Below are positions 9,411-18,495 of a DNA stretch of 64,000 nt, in pieces. Every line of letters begins with the position of its first letter. Position 1 is the first letter of the stretch. The notes under the pieces are model-generated. The model saw only the letters and a list, made by a program, of their open reading frames with translations, was not told the origin of the DNA and searched no databases. A program made the translations under genes and the position numbers. The stretch comes from Syntrophobacterales bacterium (GTDB lineage: Bacteria > Desulfobacterota > Syntrophia > Syntrophales > UBA2210): positions 9,166-73,165 of the forward strand of contig JAHDRK010000033.1 in assembly GCA_018433345.1 (NCBI GenBank). The letters are read 5' to 3'.

Positions 9411-10701
9411 GGGTATAGGCTCCTTTCATCATGGATTCGCGCTTTTCCAGGCAGGCCGCGATGGATTCATCTATGATGCCGATTCCCTTCCGGAGGACCT
9501 CTTCCTCTATCACGAGGGGCGGAAGAAACTTGATCACGTCATCGTTAGCCCCCGACCGCTCTATTATCAATCCCCTGTCGAATGCTTCCGACGTGACATT
9601 TCCGGCGAATCCCTGCTGGGGAAAATAGAGACCGTAAATCAGACCCCGCCCCCTCACGGAACATTCGGTCTCACCGTATTTATAGGCTATGGTCTCGAGT
9701 TCGTCCCTCAGGATATCTCCGCGATAGCTGATCGACTCCGAAAAATCGCCGTTGTCCCAGTAACCGAGCAGTTCCGTTGAGGCCACGAATGCCAGGTTGT
9801 TGCCCCGGAATGTACCCGTGTGTTCTCCCGGTTTCCACTGGTCAAGCTCGGGCTTCATGAGTACCATGGCCAACGGGAGGCCGGCGCCTATAGATTTTGA
9901 AAGGGTTACGATATCGGGATTGAGACCCGCATCCTCGAAACTGAAAAAGGCTCCCGTTCGGCCGTTCCCCACCTGTATGTCGTCCACGATAATCAAGATA
10001 TCGAAATCCCGGCATATCTGTTCGATTTCCCTCAGCCATTCACTGCTCGCCACGTTGATGCCTCCCTCGGCCTGTACCGTCTCCAGTATTACCGCCGCGG
10101 GCAAATCCACTCCGCTGCTATTGTCTTCCAGAAATTTTCTCATGTACTGCGCCGTGTTCGTTCCGTCGCCGAAATAGCCGTCGAAGGGCATGAAGGACAC
10201 GTTGGAACGATTTATGAAAGCCTCGTCCCTGTAGAAGGCATTACCCGTAACAGCCATTGAGCCCATGGTAAGACCGTGAAAGCCATTGGTAAAAGAAATG
10301 ACGTTCGACCGTCCTTTTACCATGCGGGCGATTTTCAACGCCGTCTCCACGGCGTTGGTTCCCGTAGGACCGGAGAACTGTATTTTATAATTCATGTAAC
10401 GGGGCGCGAGAATGGTATCGTTGAATTTCTGAAGGAAATTTACCTTCGCCGTGGTGGCCATGTCGAGGCCGTGAATAATCCCGTCATTCTGCAGGTACTC
10501 GATAATAGCCGACGTGGCGGCTGGGTTGTTGTGGCCGTAATTGAGAGTACCGGCGCCCGCAAAAAAATCGATGTATTCGTTTCCCTGCTCGTCGTAAAGC
10601 ATGGACCACTTGGCCGACTTGAAAACCGTCGGAAAATGTCGCACGTAACTACGTACCTGGGATTCCAGTTGTTCTATTATTCTCATGACTTGTCTCCTCA
10701 T
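9391..10701 (-). CDS. ectB: diaminobutyrate--2-oxoglutarate transaminase
   Basis: 436 aa class III aminotransferase (ESQVRSYVRHFP, DFFAGAGTLNYGHNNP, DDIQVGNGRTG, LSKSIG). It lies between ectA and ectC. Confidence 0.88.
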   Translation of the reverse strand: MRRQVMRIIEQLESQVRSYVRHFPTVFKSAKWSMLYDEQGNEYIDFFAGAGTLNYGHNNPAATSAIIEYLQNDGIIHGLDMATTAKVNFLQKFNDTILAPRYMNYKIQFSGPTGTNAVETALKIARMVKGRSNVISFTNGFHGLTMGSMAVTGNAFYRDEAFINRSNVSFMPFDGYFGDGTNTAQYMRKFLEDNSSGVDLPAAVILETVQAEGGINVASSEWLREIEQICRDFDILIIVDDIQVGNGRTGAFFSFEDAGLNPDIVTLSKSIGAGLPLAMVLMKPELDQWKPGEHTGTFRGNNLAFVASTELLGYWDNGDFSESISYRGDILRDELETIAYKYGETECSVRGRGLIYGLYFPQQGFAGNVTSEAFDRGLIIERSGANDDVIKFLPPLVIEEEVLRKGIGIIDESIAACLEKRESMMKGAYTLDSEND

Positions 10702-11222
10702 CTTGGTTGGGCGCGAACGAAGGGTCCTATCGTTATCAATAGTTCCTCTTCATGCCCTTCGTCACCGAAAAGTTCCGCTCCGTAGCCTGAACCTGTCGAA
10801 AAAGGCGCACCCAGTTTCGAAGCAAAGGCCTTGAAAAAGGCCATCGATACCCTGTTTGAAGGGGTCACCGTCGTTTCCAGGCGATGCAGACCGCTCAATT
10901 CATCCCTGGCGAGCAGACTTTTCAACATCTTCGTCGCCAGTGAACGATTCCGCATAGCTTCATCCACGGCCACCTGCCAGACGAACACGGTGTCCTTCCG
11001 TCCCGGGGGGATATAGGCGGATATGAAGCCGACCAATTGGGATTCGCTCTCGGCCACTATGCAGGTGCTTCTGAAATGATCGCAAAGCAGGATGTAGCAA
11101 TAGACAGAGTTCGGGTCGAGCGGCTTCGACCGACGAACAAGGTCGTACACATCCGCCGCGTCCCATGGAGTGGGAGCTCTTAGGTAAACGGGTTTCTCTG
11201 TGAGTGATTGCTTCATAATCAT
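10698..11222 (-). CDS. ectA: L-2,4-diaminobutyrate acetyltransferase
   Basis: 174 aa GNAT-fold protein, first gene of the ectABC order, with a 4-nt overlap with ectB. Confidence 0.8.
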   Translation of the reverse strand: MIMKQSLTEKPVYLRAPTPWDAADVYDLVRRSKPLDPNSVYCYILLCDHFRSTCIVAESESQLVGFISAYIPPGRKDTVFVWQVAVDEAMRNRSLATKMLKSLLARDELSGLHRLETTVTPSNRVSMAFFKAFASKLGAPFSTGSGYGAELFGDEGHEEELLITIGPFVRAQPR

Positions 11223-11367
11223 GCCGCCCTTACTCAGAACTTATACCGGATATTCACCGAGAGGATTGAACTAAGAAAAAACTTGGCACGCGGCTATTCC
11301 GGAAAGCGGGGAAGAGCCTTTCCTTCGACACTGTCCGTCACGGCGCTCTTATTTGAAAGATGTGCCT

Positions 11368-11395
11368 TTATTACAGAAAATCCTGCCGCTGTCAA
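11368..11395 (-). promoter_or_regulatory. candidate promoter of ectABC
   Basis: On the minus strand: TTGACA (11390-11395), 16 nt, TAATAA (11368-11373), about 145 nt upstream of the ectA start. Confidence 0.3.
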
Positions 11396-11491
11396 GGAAT
11401 GATCGGATTTTTTTGCTGTTTTCGATGGATAACACACCGATTATAATGACAAATTACACCATAGACCCGAGTCGGGACCGGCCTTTTTCAC

Positions 11492-13462
11492 TTATCGCCC
11501 GATGGGAATATGGAGACCGACCTGCCGACGGCGTCTCCTCCTCCTTCGACGGATCAGGGTGACGAACAAAACCGGAATCGCCAGGATCACCAAAAGTACG
11601 GCGATTACCACCCAAGTGATCATGGTGCTCCCTTGGACCAACTTGAGGGGGTTCCAGGATGGTTCAACCAGGATTCGCCCCTCCGGTGACGCGTAGCTGA
11701 ATGGAATATCGGGAAGCCCGTCTCCCGTGCGGTCGGGAAAGCTTTCAAGGAAGGACAAAAGAGAAAGCCATTCCTTGACTTCGCCGCCTCCCTTACTGCC
11801 GGTACCCGACACTATCCCGTCGGTCAGGCGTTCAAGGGGCTTCCCGTTGCGGTCTTTCAGCTCCATGGAGAGAAGTCCGAAGGATACGTCGCTTATATAG
11901 TCGACCATGTAGGCGGTGTAAAGATTTGCCGCTATGCGGTACAGGCGGTCCCGTTCCACCGGAACATAATCGCCCCTTTCGTTTTCGACGAAAAGGGAGG
12001 TCACACGGTCAAAGGGCACCCGGTAAGGATTGTAGGTCATCTTGACACCCGACACCTGGAGCTGCGCTTCGGGCTTCATTTGTCGAATGGTGGTCTCCAC
12101 TTCCATGAGTTTCTTCAGCTCCCCGCCCGTCAGATATCCGGTGAGAAGGGGATAGCCCACTCGGTTGTCCGGACCGATGCCCAGCGACAGAACCCTGAAG
12201 ACATCATCGACGGTGACGGGGCCTCGAGTAATTGAATCGCGAATGTGTCCGATGGGCTGAACGGCCAGGGTAACGTGTTCGTAATTTTCCGCCTCCGCCC
12301 GTCTGATGGCGTAACGGTAGGAATCGGTAACGAGGTTTCCCAACCCCAGTTCACCGGGATTTTCAGAAACATTGGCCGGGATTTTCAAGGAAAAATCGGT
12401 CACGGCCACGACTTGGTCGAAGGAGAGACCCAAGGGGGCCAGGAGCTCTTCGTCGATCCTTTCCTTGATGTATTCGATTGTTGCCGCCGTCGCCTCGCCT
12501 TCCGGCACATGGAAGGCCGTTTTTTGGATTTCATAGGACACCATTCGGGGTCCGCCACCGGCTTCGACGGCCATTTCCAAGATCCCCAGGTGCCGACCGT
12601 AGTTGCCCGCCGACACGATATGAGTCCTTCCCACCACTATAGGCTCTTCGAGAAGGGTGTGGGTATGGCCGCTGACAAGCACGTCTATGCCCGGGACCTC
12701 CCCGGCGATCCGCTCGTCCTCCGACAGTTTCTTTTCCTCCGATGTCCCCGTGTGAGACAGGCAGACGACCAGGTCGACCCCCTCACGGTTCCTCAGGATG
12801 TCAACCACGCGTCTCCCCTCTTCCATGGGATCGGAAAAGGTTACGGGGGACGCGAAGGGAGCGTCCACCATGGCCTTCTTCCCCAAGATGCCGAATATGC
12901 CGACGCGGATACCGCCTTTTTCGATTACCAGGTAATCGTGCACGGGGTACCGCCGGAATTCTTCTTTCAAGGAGCGGTCCCCGGGGTCATCCGCTGTGAA
13001 AACAACGTTGGAAGCGACTATGGGGGGCGGGCTGACGAGTATCTCTCGGGCGCGGGCCAGGGATTTAGCCAAACCCTCGGGTTTGAAGTCAAATTCATGG
13101 TTACCCAAGGTGACGGCGTCGTAACCCATGGCCGCCATGAGGCGCAGCTCCCAAGATTCGCTCATGAAACCGGAATGAAATAGAGTCCCCATGCTGTAAT
13201 CGCCGGCATCAACCAACAAAACGGCGTCTCCGTGCCGCTCCCGCTGTCGCTCAACGGCCGTCGCCAGCCGCGCGTAACCTCCCTCCACGGCGAAGGACCC
13301 GTCGGGTTGTTCAACCCGCTGGGGGAGAAAATAGGAATGGAGGTCATGGGTAAAAAGAATAACGAGCCGTCGGTCCTTATCAGCCCCCCGCGCCGCCCCG
13401 ACAAGGAACAGCGCTACGACAACGGAAACGACCAGGAACGACCAACGTTTTGTTATCTCCAT
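11492..13462 (-). CDS. bifunctional metallophosphatase/5'-nucleotidase (UshA-like), secreted and C-terminally membrane-anchored
   Basis: Metallophosphatase motifs (FTHDLHS, DAGD, GNHEFD, SHTG, GHTH) are present. A signal-peptide-like N-terminus starts at M13462, which has a GGAGA RBS; the ORF-track start at 13519 is the alternative. The C-terminus has a TM helix plus an R9 tail. Confidence 0.8.
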   Translation of the reverse strand: MEITKRWSFLVVSVVVALFLVGAARGADKDRRLVILFTHDLHSYFLPQRVEQPDGSFAVEGGYARLATAVERQRERHGDAVLLVDAGDYSMGTLFHSGFMSESWELRLMAAMGYDAVTLGNHEFDFKPEGLAKSLARAREILVSPPPIVASNVVFTADDPGDRSLKEEFRRYPVHDYLVIEKGGIRVGIFGILGKKAMVDAPFASPVTFSDPMEEGRRVVDILRNREGVDLVVCLSHTGTSEEKKLSEDERIAGEVPGIDVLVSGHTHTLLEEPIVVGRTHIVSAGNYGRHLGILEMAVEAGGGPRMVSYEIQKTAFHVPEGEATAATIEYIKERIDEELLAPLGLSFDQVVAVTDFSLKIPANVSENPGELGLGNLVTDSYRYAIRRAEAENYEHVTLAVQPIGHIRDSITRGPVTVDDVFRVLSLGIGPDNRVGYPLLTGYLTGGELKKLMEVETTIRQMKPEAQLQVSGVKMTYNPYRVPFDRVTSLFVENERGDYVPVERDRLYRIAANLYTAYMVDYISDVSFGLLSMELKDRNGKPLERLTDGIVSGTGSKGGGEVKEWLSLLSFLESFPDRTGDGLPDIPFSYASPEGRILVEPSWNPLKLVQGSTMITWVVIAVLLVILAIPVLFVTLIRRRRRRRRRQVGLHIPIGR

Positions 13463-13650
13463 GGCGCCATTTCTCCCGATGTTTTCTCGTGTTATTCTCG
13501 GAATCTTCCCGGACGGCACGACCGCGAACCGCCCGGGGAGCTCGAAACACTGTTTTTAAGGAACACATGATTCTAAATCCGGCGAACAGCGCGCCGGGCA
13601 GCCGGTTCCGGATCGGGAAGTACCGATTCCCCCCTCCCCAAGATAATTGA

Positions 13651-13678
13651 CTATTACAAAGACGAAAGGGGGTGTCAA
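13651..13678 (-). promoter_or_regulatory. candidate sigma70-type promoter for the nucleotidase gene
   Basis: On the minus strand: TTGACA (13673-13678), 16 nt, TAATAG (13651-13656). Confidence 0.4.
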
Positions 13679-13732
13679 CAAGATTCAGGTGTGTTTTCGG
13701 CGGAGATCAAAGGCCGGAGAAGCGGCCGGGGG

Positions 13733-14893
13733 TTACCCCGCTATTGTATCGAGGGCTTCCAGGGCGGCATCTATGTCTTCTTCATCTGTGAGGCAGCCGA
13801 AGCTGAAACGGACCGTTCCTTGGGGATAAGTTCCCAGCGTGCGATGCGCTGCGGGCGCGCAGTGAAGGCCGGGTCGGGTCATGATGGAATACTCCTCGTC
13901 AAGCACCTGTGAAACCAGTGACGGTTCCATTCCGACAATAGAGAGGGACACCACGGGGATCATGCTTTCCGGATCTCCCGTCCCGTGAACGATAACCTTC
14001 TTCAGGCAAGAAAGACCTTCCAGAAAACGACGAAGCAGGAGCTTCTCCTTTTTATTTACGGTATCCACGCCATTTTCCGTCACGAACTCGATTCCCGCCC
14101 CCAGCCCCGCGATACCCGGGCTGTTGGGCGTTCCCGGTTCGTATCGGTCGGGCATGAACAGGGGCTGTTCCTCCTGTTCTGAAAGGCTTCCCGTCCCCCC
14201 TTTTAAAAGGGGGGTCATCTCTTTCTCCAATCCTCGGCGCAGATAGAGACCTCCCGTCCCCTGGGGGCCGTACAGGGACTTGTGGCCGGTAAAGACCAAG
14301 ATGTCTATGCCCATTGCTTCGACGGAGATAGGCAGGGCTCCGGCTGTCTGGGCCGCGTCGAGACAGAAGAGAACCCCCCTCTCCCGGGCGACGGCGGCCA
14401 CGGCTTCCACGGGCATAATCGTTCCCGTCACGTTCGAGGCGTGAGTGAGAATAATCATTCGTGTTTCCGGCCGAATAGACGATTCAACCAAGCAAGGATC
14501 GAGAATTCCGCCTTTGTCGCAGTGAAGAACCGTAAGGGAAGCCCCGGCCGCTTCCATGGCCCGCAATGGGCGCATGACAGAGTTGTGCTCCATGCTCGAG
14601 GTTATCACGTGATCGCCGGACCTGACCAGGCCCGAGACGGCCATGTTGAGCCCCATGGTCGCGTTTGCGGTGAAAACAAGCCGGAGGGGGTCGGATATTC
14701 CCAGCAGATCGGCCGCGGCGGCCCGGACGGAAAAAATGGTCCTCGCCGTCTCGATGGACAGTCTGTGCCCCGAACGGCCGGGGTTGGCGCACCCCCGCTC
14801 CAGAAGGCCGGTGATTGCCTTCCCTACGGCCGGCGGTTTCGGCCATGAGGTGGCGGCATGATCGAAATAACGTATGGGGGTTCCCCTGTCCAT
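13733..14893 (-). CDS. class V aminotransferase-fold cysteine desulfurase / selenocysteine lyase family protein
   Basis: 386 aa. PLP-Lys context (FTGHKSLYGPQG) and an active-site Cys loop (RPGLHCAP). Confidence 0.75.
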   Translation of the reverse strand: MDRGTPIRYFDHAATSWPKPPAVGKAITGLLERGCANPGRSGHRLSIETARTIFSVRAAAADLLGISDPLRLVFTANATMGLNMAVSGLVRSGDHVITSSMEHNSVMRPLRAMEAAGASLTVLHCDKGGILDPCLVESSIRPETRMIILTHASNVTGTIMPVEAVAAVARERGVLFCLDAAQTAGALPISVEAMGIDILVFTGHKSLYGPQGTGGLYLRRGLEKEMTPLLKGGTGSLSEQEEQPLFMPDRYEPGTPNSPGIAGLGAGIEFVTENGVDTVNKKEKLLLRRFLEGLSCLKKVIVHGTGDPESMIPVVSLSIVGMEPSLVSQVLDEEYSIMTRPGLHCAPAAHRTLGTYPQGTVRFSFGCLTDEEDIDAALEALDTIAG

Positions 14894-15016
14894 GGCGGAC
14901 TGTCCATATTCCTCGCTTACGGCGATTTGCCGCTCTTATCGTAACCGCTCATGGAAGGTCAAATTCTTTTTATGAATAAAAAAGGCGGTCTCATAGGGAC
15001 CCGACATGATGGAAGA

Positions 15017-15460
15017 TCAGCGGGTCGGCAGATCCCATAGAAAGAGTCCCGTTTCATCGTCGAAACTCCGTTCCAAGCTCCGGCCGTCCAAGGCCTCCAC
15101 CATGAATTCGCAGGCGAAAGCGATGGTCCCCGGGGCGAGGTGGCCTCCGTAGACCCTGCCATCCCTGTCCGCGAGCGTGATGTGGGCGTGAACGAAGGGC
15201 TCTCCATCACGAAGAGAAACGTTTCCCACAAGACTTGTTATTTCGAGAGGACGATCGATCTCCATGAACTGATACTCCTGCGCCTGTTGGTCGTAGTAAC
15301 CTATGCGGGCCCTCTCTACTGCACCGATCGCCTCAACACGGCCAAGTCTGACATCTTCGCGACGGCAAAGGTTCGTCAACGCTTCCAGGATGTCGCCGCC
15401 TCGTGGAAAGCGGCCAAGATAGCGGCCCTTCAATGACTCGATCGCCTGATAACGCAGCAC
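15017..15460 (-). CDS. PPC (DUF296) domain protein
   Basis: 147 aa. The pattern (G.I.S..G......V.LHAHI.L.D..G...GGHL) is typical of PPC/DUF296 proteins. Confidence 0.6.
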   Translation of the reverse strand: MLRYQAIESLKGRYLGRFPRGGDILEALTNLCRREDVRLGRVEAIGAVERARIGYYDQQAQEYQFMEIDRPLEITSLVGNVSLRDGEPFVHAHITLADRDGRVYGGHLAPGTIAFACEFMVEALDGRSLERSFDDETGLFLWDLPTR

Positions 15461-15503
15461 CTTTCCCTCCTTGCCTTTTCTTGTCTTTTATCGCCTTTTC
15501 TTG

Positions 15504-17726
15504 TCAAGAGCACTCCGTGTACCCGCATGCCCGGCAAACAGCACACCCACCCTCGTGTTCAACGATGCCGCCGCAGTCCGGACAGGCGCCCCTCAGAAGG
15601 GCTCGTTCTTCACGAACCGACCCGTATCCGTTGGCCGACATGTGGGCCTGGATCGCCTTTGCGACGGCATCGGCGCAGGACAGCACCTTGTTGTCGCCGA
15701 ATCCCGCGGGTGAATGACAGGAAATCCCCTGGAGCTGCCTGATGACCTGTCGCGCATGTATACCGCTACGCCAGGCCAATGAAACCATGCGCCCTATGGC
15801 TTCACACTGGGATGCGGCGCAACCGCCGGCCTTGCCCATGGTGGTAAACAATTCAAAGAGGCCTGATTCGTCCTCGTTGATGGTGATGTAAAGCGGGCCG
15901 CATCCCGTCTGCATCTGGTAGGTCCAGCCCTTCAGAACCTTCGGCCGTTCCCGCTTGACACGCCGCACTCCTTCGGCGCTCCTTTCCTCACTTTCCGGTG
16001 TGCGGCCGGTGGATAGGACTTGACGCTCGCGCGAACCGTCCCGGTAGATGGTAACGCCTTTGCATCCCAGCTTCCACGCCAGCTCGTATACGGTGCGCAC
16101 GTCGTCTTCGGCGGCGCCGTTGGCGAAATTGACGGTCTTGCTTACCGCATTGTCGGTGTATTCCTGAAATGCCGCCTGCATTCGGATGTGCATCTCCGGG
16201 GAAATATCGTGGGCGGTCACGAATAAACGCTTGATATCCGGCGGAACATCCTCTATTTCCCGGAGAGAACCGTGTCGGGCTATGAGCTGCATTAATTCGG
16301 GGGAATAAAAACCTCTTTCCCGCGCCATTCGTTCGAAAATGGGGTGCACCTCCACGAGAATGTCGTTGTCCATAACCTGTCTCACGTACGATACGGCAAA
16401 AAGCGGCTCCACGCCGGAAGAGGCGTCGGCTATGATCGAGATAGTCCCGGTGGGCGCGATGGTGGTGACCGTGGCGTTGCGGATGGGCGGTTCCCCCCGT
16501 TCCTCGAAGACCGATCCGGGAAAGTTGGGGAAAGGCCCCCGTGTTTCCGCCAGCTTCCGCGAGGCTTCCCGCCCCACGTCGCTTATGAACTTCATCACCT
16601 TCCCGCCCAATTCAACCGCTTCATCGGTATCGTATGGAATACCCAAGAGAATGAGCATGTCGGCCCAGCCCATGACGCCCAGCCCGATTTTCCGGTTTCC
16701 CATGGTCATGCGCGCGATCTGCTCAAGGGGATAGCGGTTCACTTCCACCACGTTGTCGAGAAAATGCACCGCCAAATGAACTGTTTCCCCCAGGCGTTTC
16801 CAGTCGATTGCGCCGTTCTTCACCATCATGCCCAGGTTGATCGATCCAAGGTTGCAGGATTCGTAAGGCAGAAGAGGCTGCTCGCCGCAGGGATTGGTAG
16901 ATTCGATCACGCCCACGTGGGGAGTTGGGTTGTCACGATTCAGGCGGTCGAGAAATATGATTCCAGGCTCACCGTTTTCCCACGCCTGGTGTACGATCCG
17001 AGCGAAGACCTTCCGAGCGTTCAGTACCCCCGTGACCTCGCCGTTCCGCGGGTTTACAAGCTCATAGTCCTCATCCTTTTTTACGGCCTCCATGAAGGCC
17101 TCGGTAACACCGACGGAAATATTGAAATTGTTGAGCTGTCTCTTGTCGGCCTTGCACATGATGAAATCCATGATGTCGGGATGATCCACCCTGAGAATCC
17201 CCATGTTGGCGCCTCGGCGCGTTCCTCCTTGCTTGATGGTCTCCGTGGCCACGTCAAAGACCCGCATGAACGAGATTGGACCGCTTGAAACACCGGTAGT
17301 GCTCTTAACCACGTCCCGGGCCGGCCGTAGGCGGGAGAAAGAAAAGCCCGTCCCGCCGCCGGACTTGTGGATGAGAGCGGTGTACTTCACGGCATCAAAT
17401 ATTTCCTCCATGGAATCTCCCACGGGTAAAACAAAGCAGGCCGACAACTGGCCGAGCTCTCGACCGGCATTCATAAGCGTTGGAGAATTAGGCATAAATT
17501 CAAGACTTGTCATCATGTTATAGAAACGGTCCTCCGTTTTTTTCGTGTCGGCCCCGGGATCAAAAATACCGTCGGCCTCGGCGATTGCTGACGCCACTCT
17601 ACGGAACATGCTCGCGGGGGTTTCCAGGACATTCCCGTCCTTGTCCCTTTTGAGATACCGCCGTTCCAGCACGGTAATCGCATTGGGCGCAAGGCGCGGT
17701 TCGGTCATGGAAGCGTTCCGGGACAT
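15504..17726 (-). CDS. nrdJ: adenosylcobalamin-dependent ribonucleotide reductase (class II)
   Basis: 740 aa. VLERRYL, PNSPTLMNAG, TNPCGEQPL and CNLGSINL motifs with a C-terminal Cys-rich tail (CPDCGG...CAVCRACGYTEC). Confidence 0.9.
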   Translation of the reverse strand: MSRNASMTEPRLAPNAITVLERRYLKRDKDGNVLETPASMFRRVASAIAEADGIFDPGADTKKTEDRFYNMMTSLEFMPNSPTLMNAGRELGQLSACFVLPVGDSMEEIFDAVKYTALIHKSGGGTGFSFSRLRPARDVVKSTTGVSSGPISFMRVFDVATETIKQGGTRRGANMGILRVDHPDIMDFIMCKADKRQLNNFNISVGVTEAFMEAVKKDEDYELVNPRNGEVTGVLNARKVFARIVHQAWENGEPGIIFLDRLNRDNPTPHVGVIESTNPCGEQPLLPYESCNLGSINLGMMVKNGAIDWKRLGETVHLAVHFLDNVVEVNRYPLEQIARMTMGNRKIGLGVMGWADMLILLGIPYDTDEAVELGGKVMKFISDVGREASRKLAETRGPFPNFPGSVFEERGEPPIRNATVTTIAPTGTISIIADASSGVEPLFAVSYVRQVMDNDILVEVHPIFERMARERGFYSPELMQLIARHGSLREIEDVPPDIKRLFVTAHDISPEMHIRMQAAFQEYTDNAVSKTVNFANGAAEDDVRTVYELAWKLGCKGVTIYRDGSRERQVLSTGRTPESEERSAEGVRRVKRERPKVLKGWTYQMQTGCGPLYITINEDESGLFELFTTMGKAGGCAASQCEAIGRMVSLAWRSGIHARQVIRQLQGISCHSPAGFGDNKVLSCADAVAKAIQAHMSANGYGSVREERALLRGACPDCGGIVEHEGGCAVCRACGYTECS

Positions 17727-17771
17727 GATGCCTTTCTCCTTTAAAAAGTATGTGATTTTTATAGGAATGAA

Positions 17772-17824
17772 CTTCTATATATAGAACGACTTTTTATTTG
17801 ACCACAATATATTGAGCCTGTCAA
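17772..17824 (-). promoter_or_regulatory. nrdJ promoter with two NrdR-box-like palindromes
   Basis: On the minus strand: TTGACA (17819-17824), 17 nt, TCAAAT (17796-17801). The 16-mers ccACAATATATTGagc (17802-17817) and cttCTATATATAGaac (17772-17787) have centres 30 bp apart. One lies in the spacer and one just downstream of the -10. Confidence 0.5.
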
Positions 17825-17971
17825 AAACTTTTTAATTCGGGGAAACAACACTTGACGAACTCGTAAAATGTTGAGAAATGAACATATTTTACCCCGGAGC
17901 ACAGAACCCGGAACCTATGATCTAGAACGTAGAATGTAGAACCTTTCGTCGAGAATTGCGCCCCCGGAATC

Positions 17972-18412
17972 ATGGAATCAAAGGAGGGAATTATGGAAAA
18001 AGAAGTCACAAAGCTACTTGGAGAAAAGTCAACGGAAGAACCCTTCGCCCGGTTTATGGGGCTGAAGGTACTGGAGGTCGGCGAGGGGTCGGCCCTGGTG
18101 GAAATGACTCTCACGAAGGACATGGAAAACATTTTCGGCATGGCTCACGGCGGCGCGATTTTCTCCCTCATGGACGAGGCCTTCGAGATGGCTTCGAACT
18201 CACACGGAACCATGGCGGTGGCGTTGAACATAAACGTAACCTATATTGCAGCGGCCCGTACAGGCGACATTCTGCGCGCCGAGGCCCGCGAAAACAGCAG
18301 AACCCGGCGGACGGCCCATTACACTATAAACGTGTATAAAAACGAGGGCGATCTGGTGGCCACCTGCGGCGCCCTGGTGTACCGGATGGACCAAACGCTT
18401 CCTTTCCCGTGA
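17972..18412 (+). CDS. PaaI-family hotdog-fold thioesterase
   Basis: 146 aa. The GMAHGGAIFSLMDEAF motif and the overall pattern match PaaI/YbdB-like thioesterases. Confidence 0.75.
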   Translation: MESKEGIMEKEVTKLLGEKSTEEPFARFMGLKVLEVGEGSALVEMTLTKDMENIFGMAHGGAIFSLMDEAFEMASNSHGTMAVALNINVTYIAAARTGDILRAEARENSRTRRTAHYTINVYKNEGDLVATCGALVYRMDQTLPFP

Positions 18413-18434
18413 TTTTTAAGGTTCTCGAAGGTCA

Positions 18435-18463
18435 TTGACAGTCACGATGCATGCAACTATACT
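18435..18463 (+). promoter_or_regulatory. candidate sigma70-type promoter
   Basis: TTGACA (18435-18440), 17 nt, TATACT (18458-18463). It sits upstream of the AAGGAGAG RBS and ATG 18496. Confidence 0.5.
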
Positions 18464-18495
18464 CCCTGCAAACAACGCAGAAGGAGAGTCTCACA

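Noticed and set aside
12245-13183. 312-aa plus-strand ORF
   Set aside because: It is antisense to the 5'-nucleotidase gene, which carries complete metallophosphatase motifs.
16344-17288. 314-aa plus-strand ORF
   Set aside because: It is antisense to nrdJ and is a shadow ORF.
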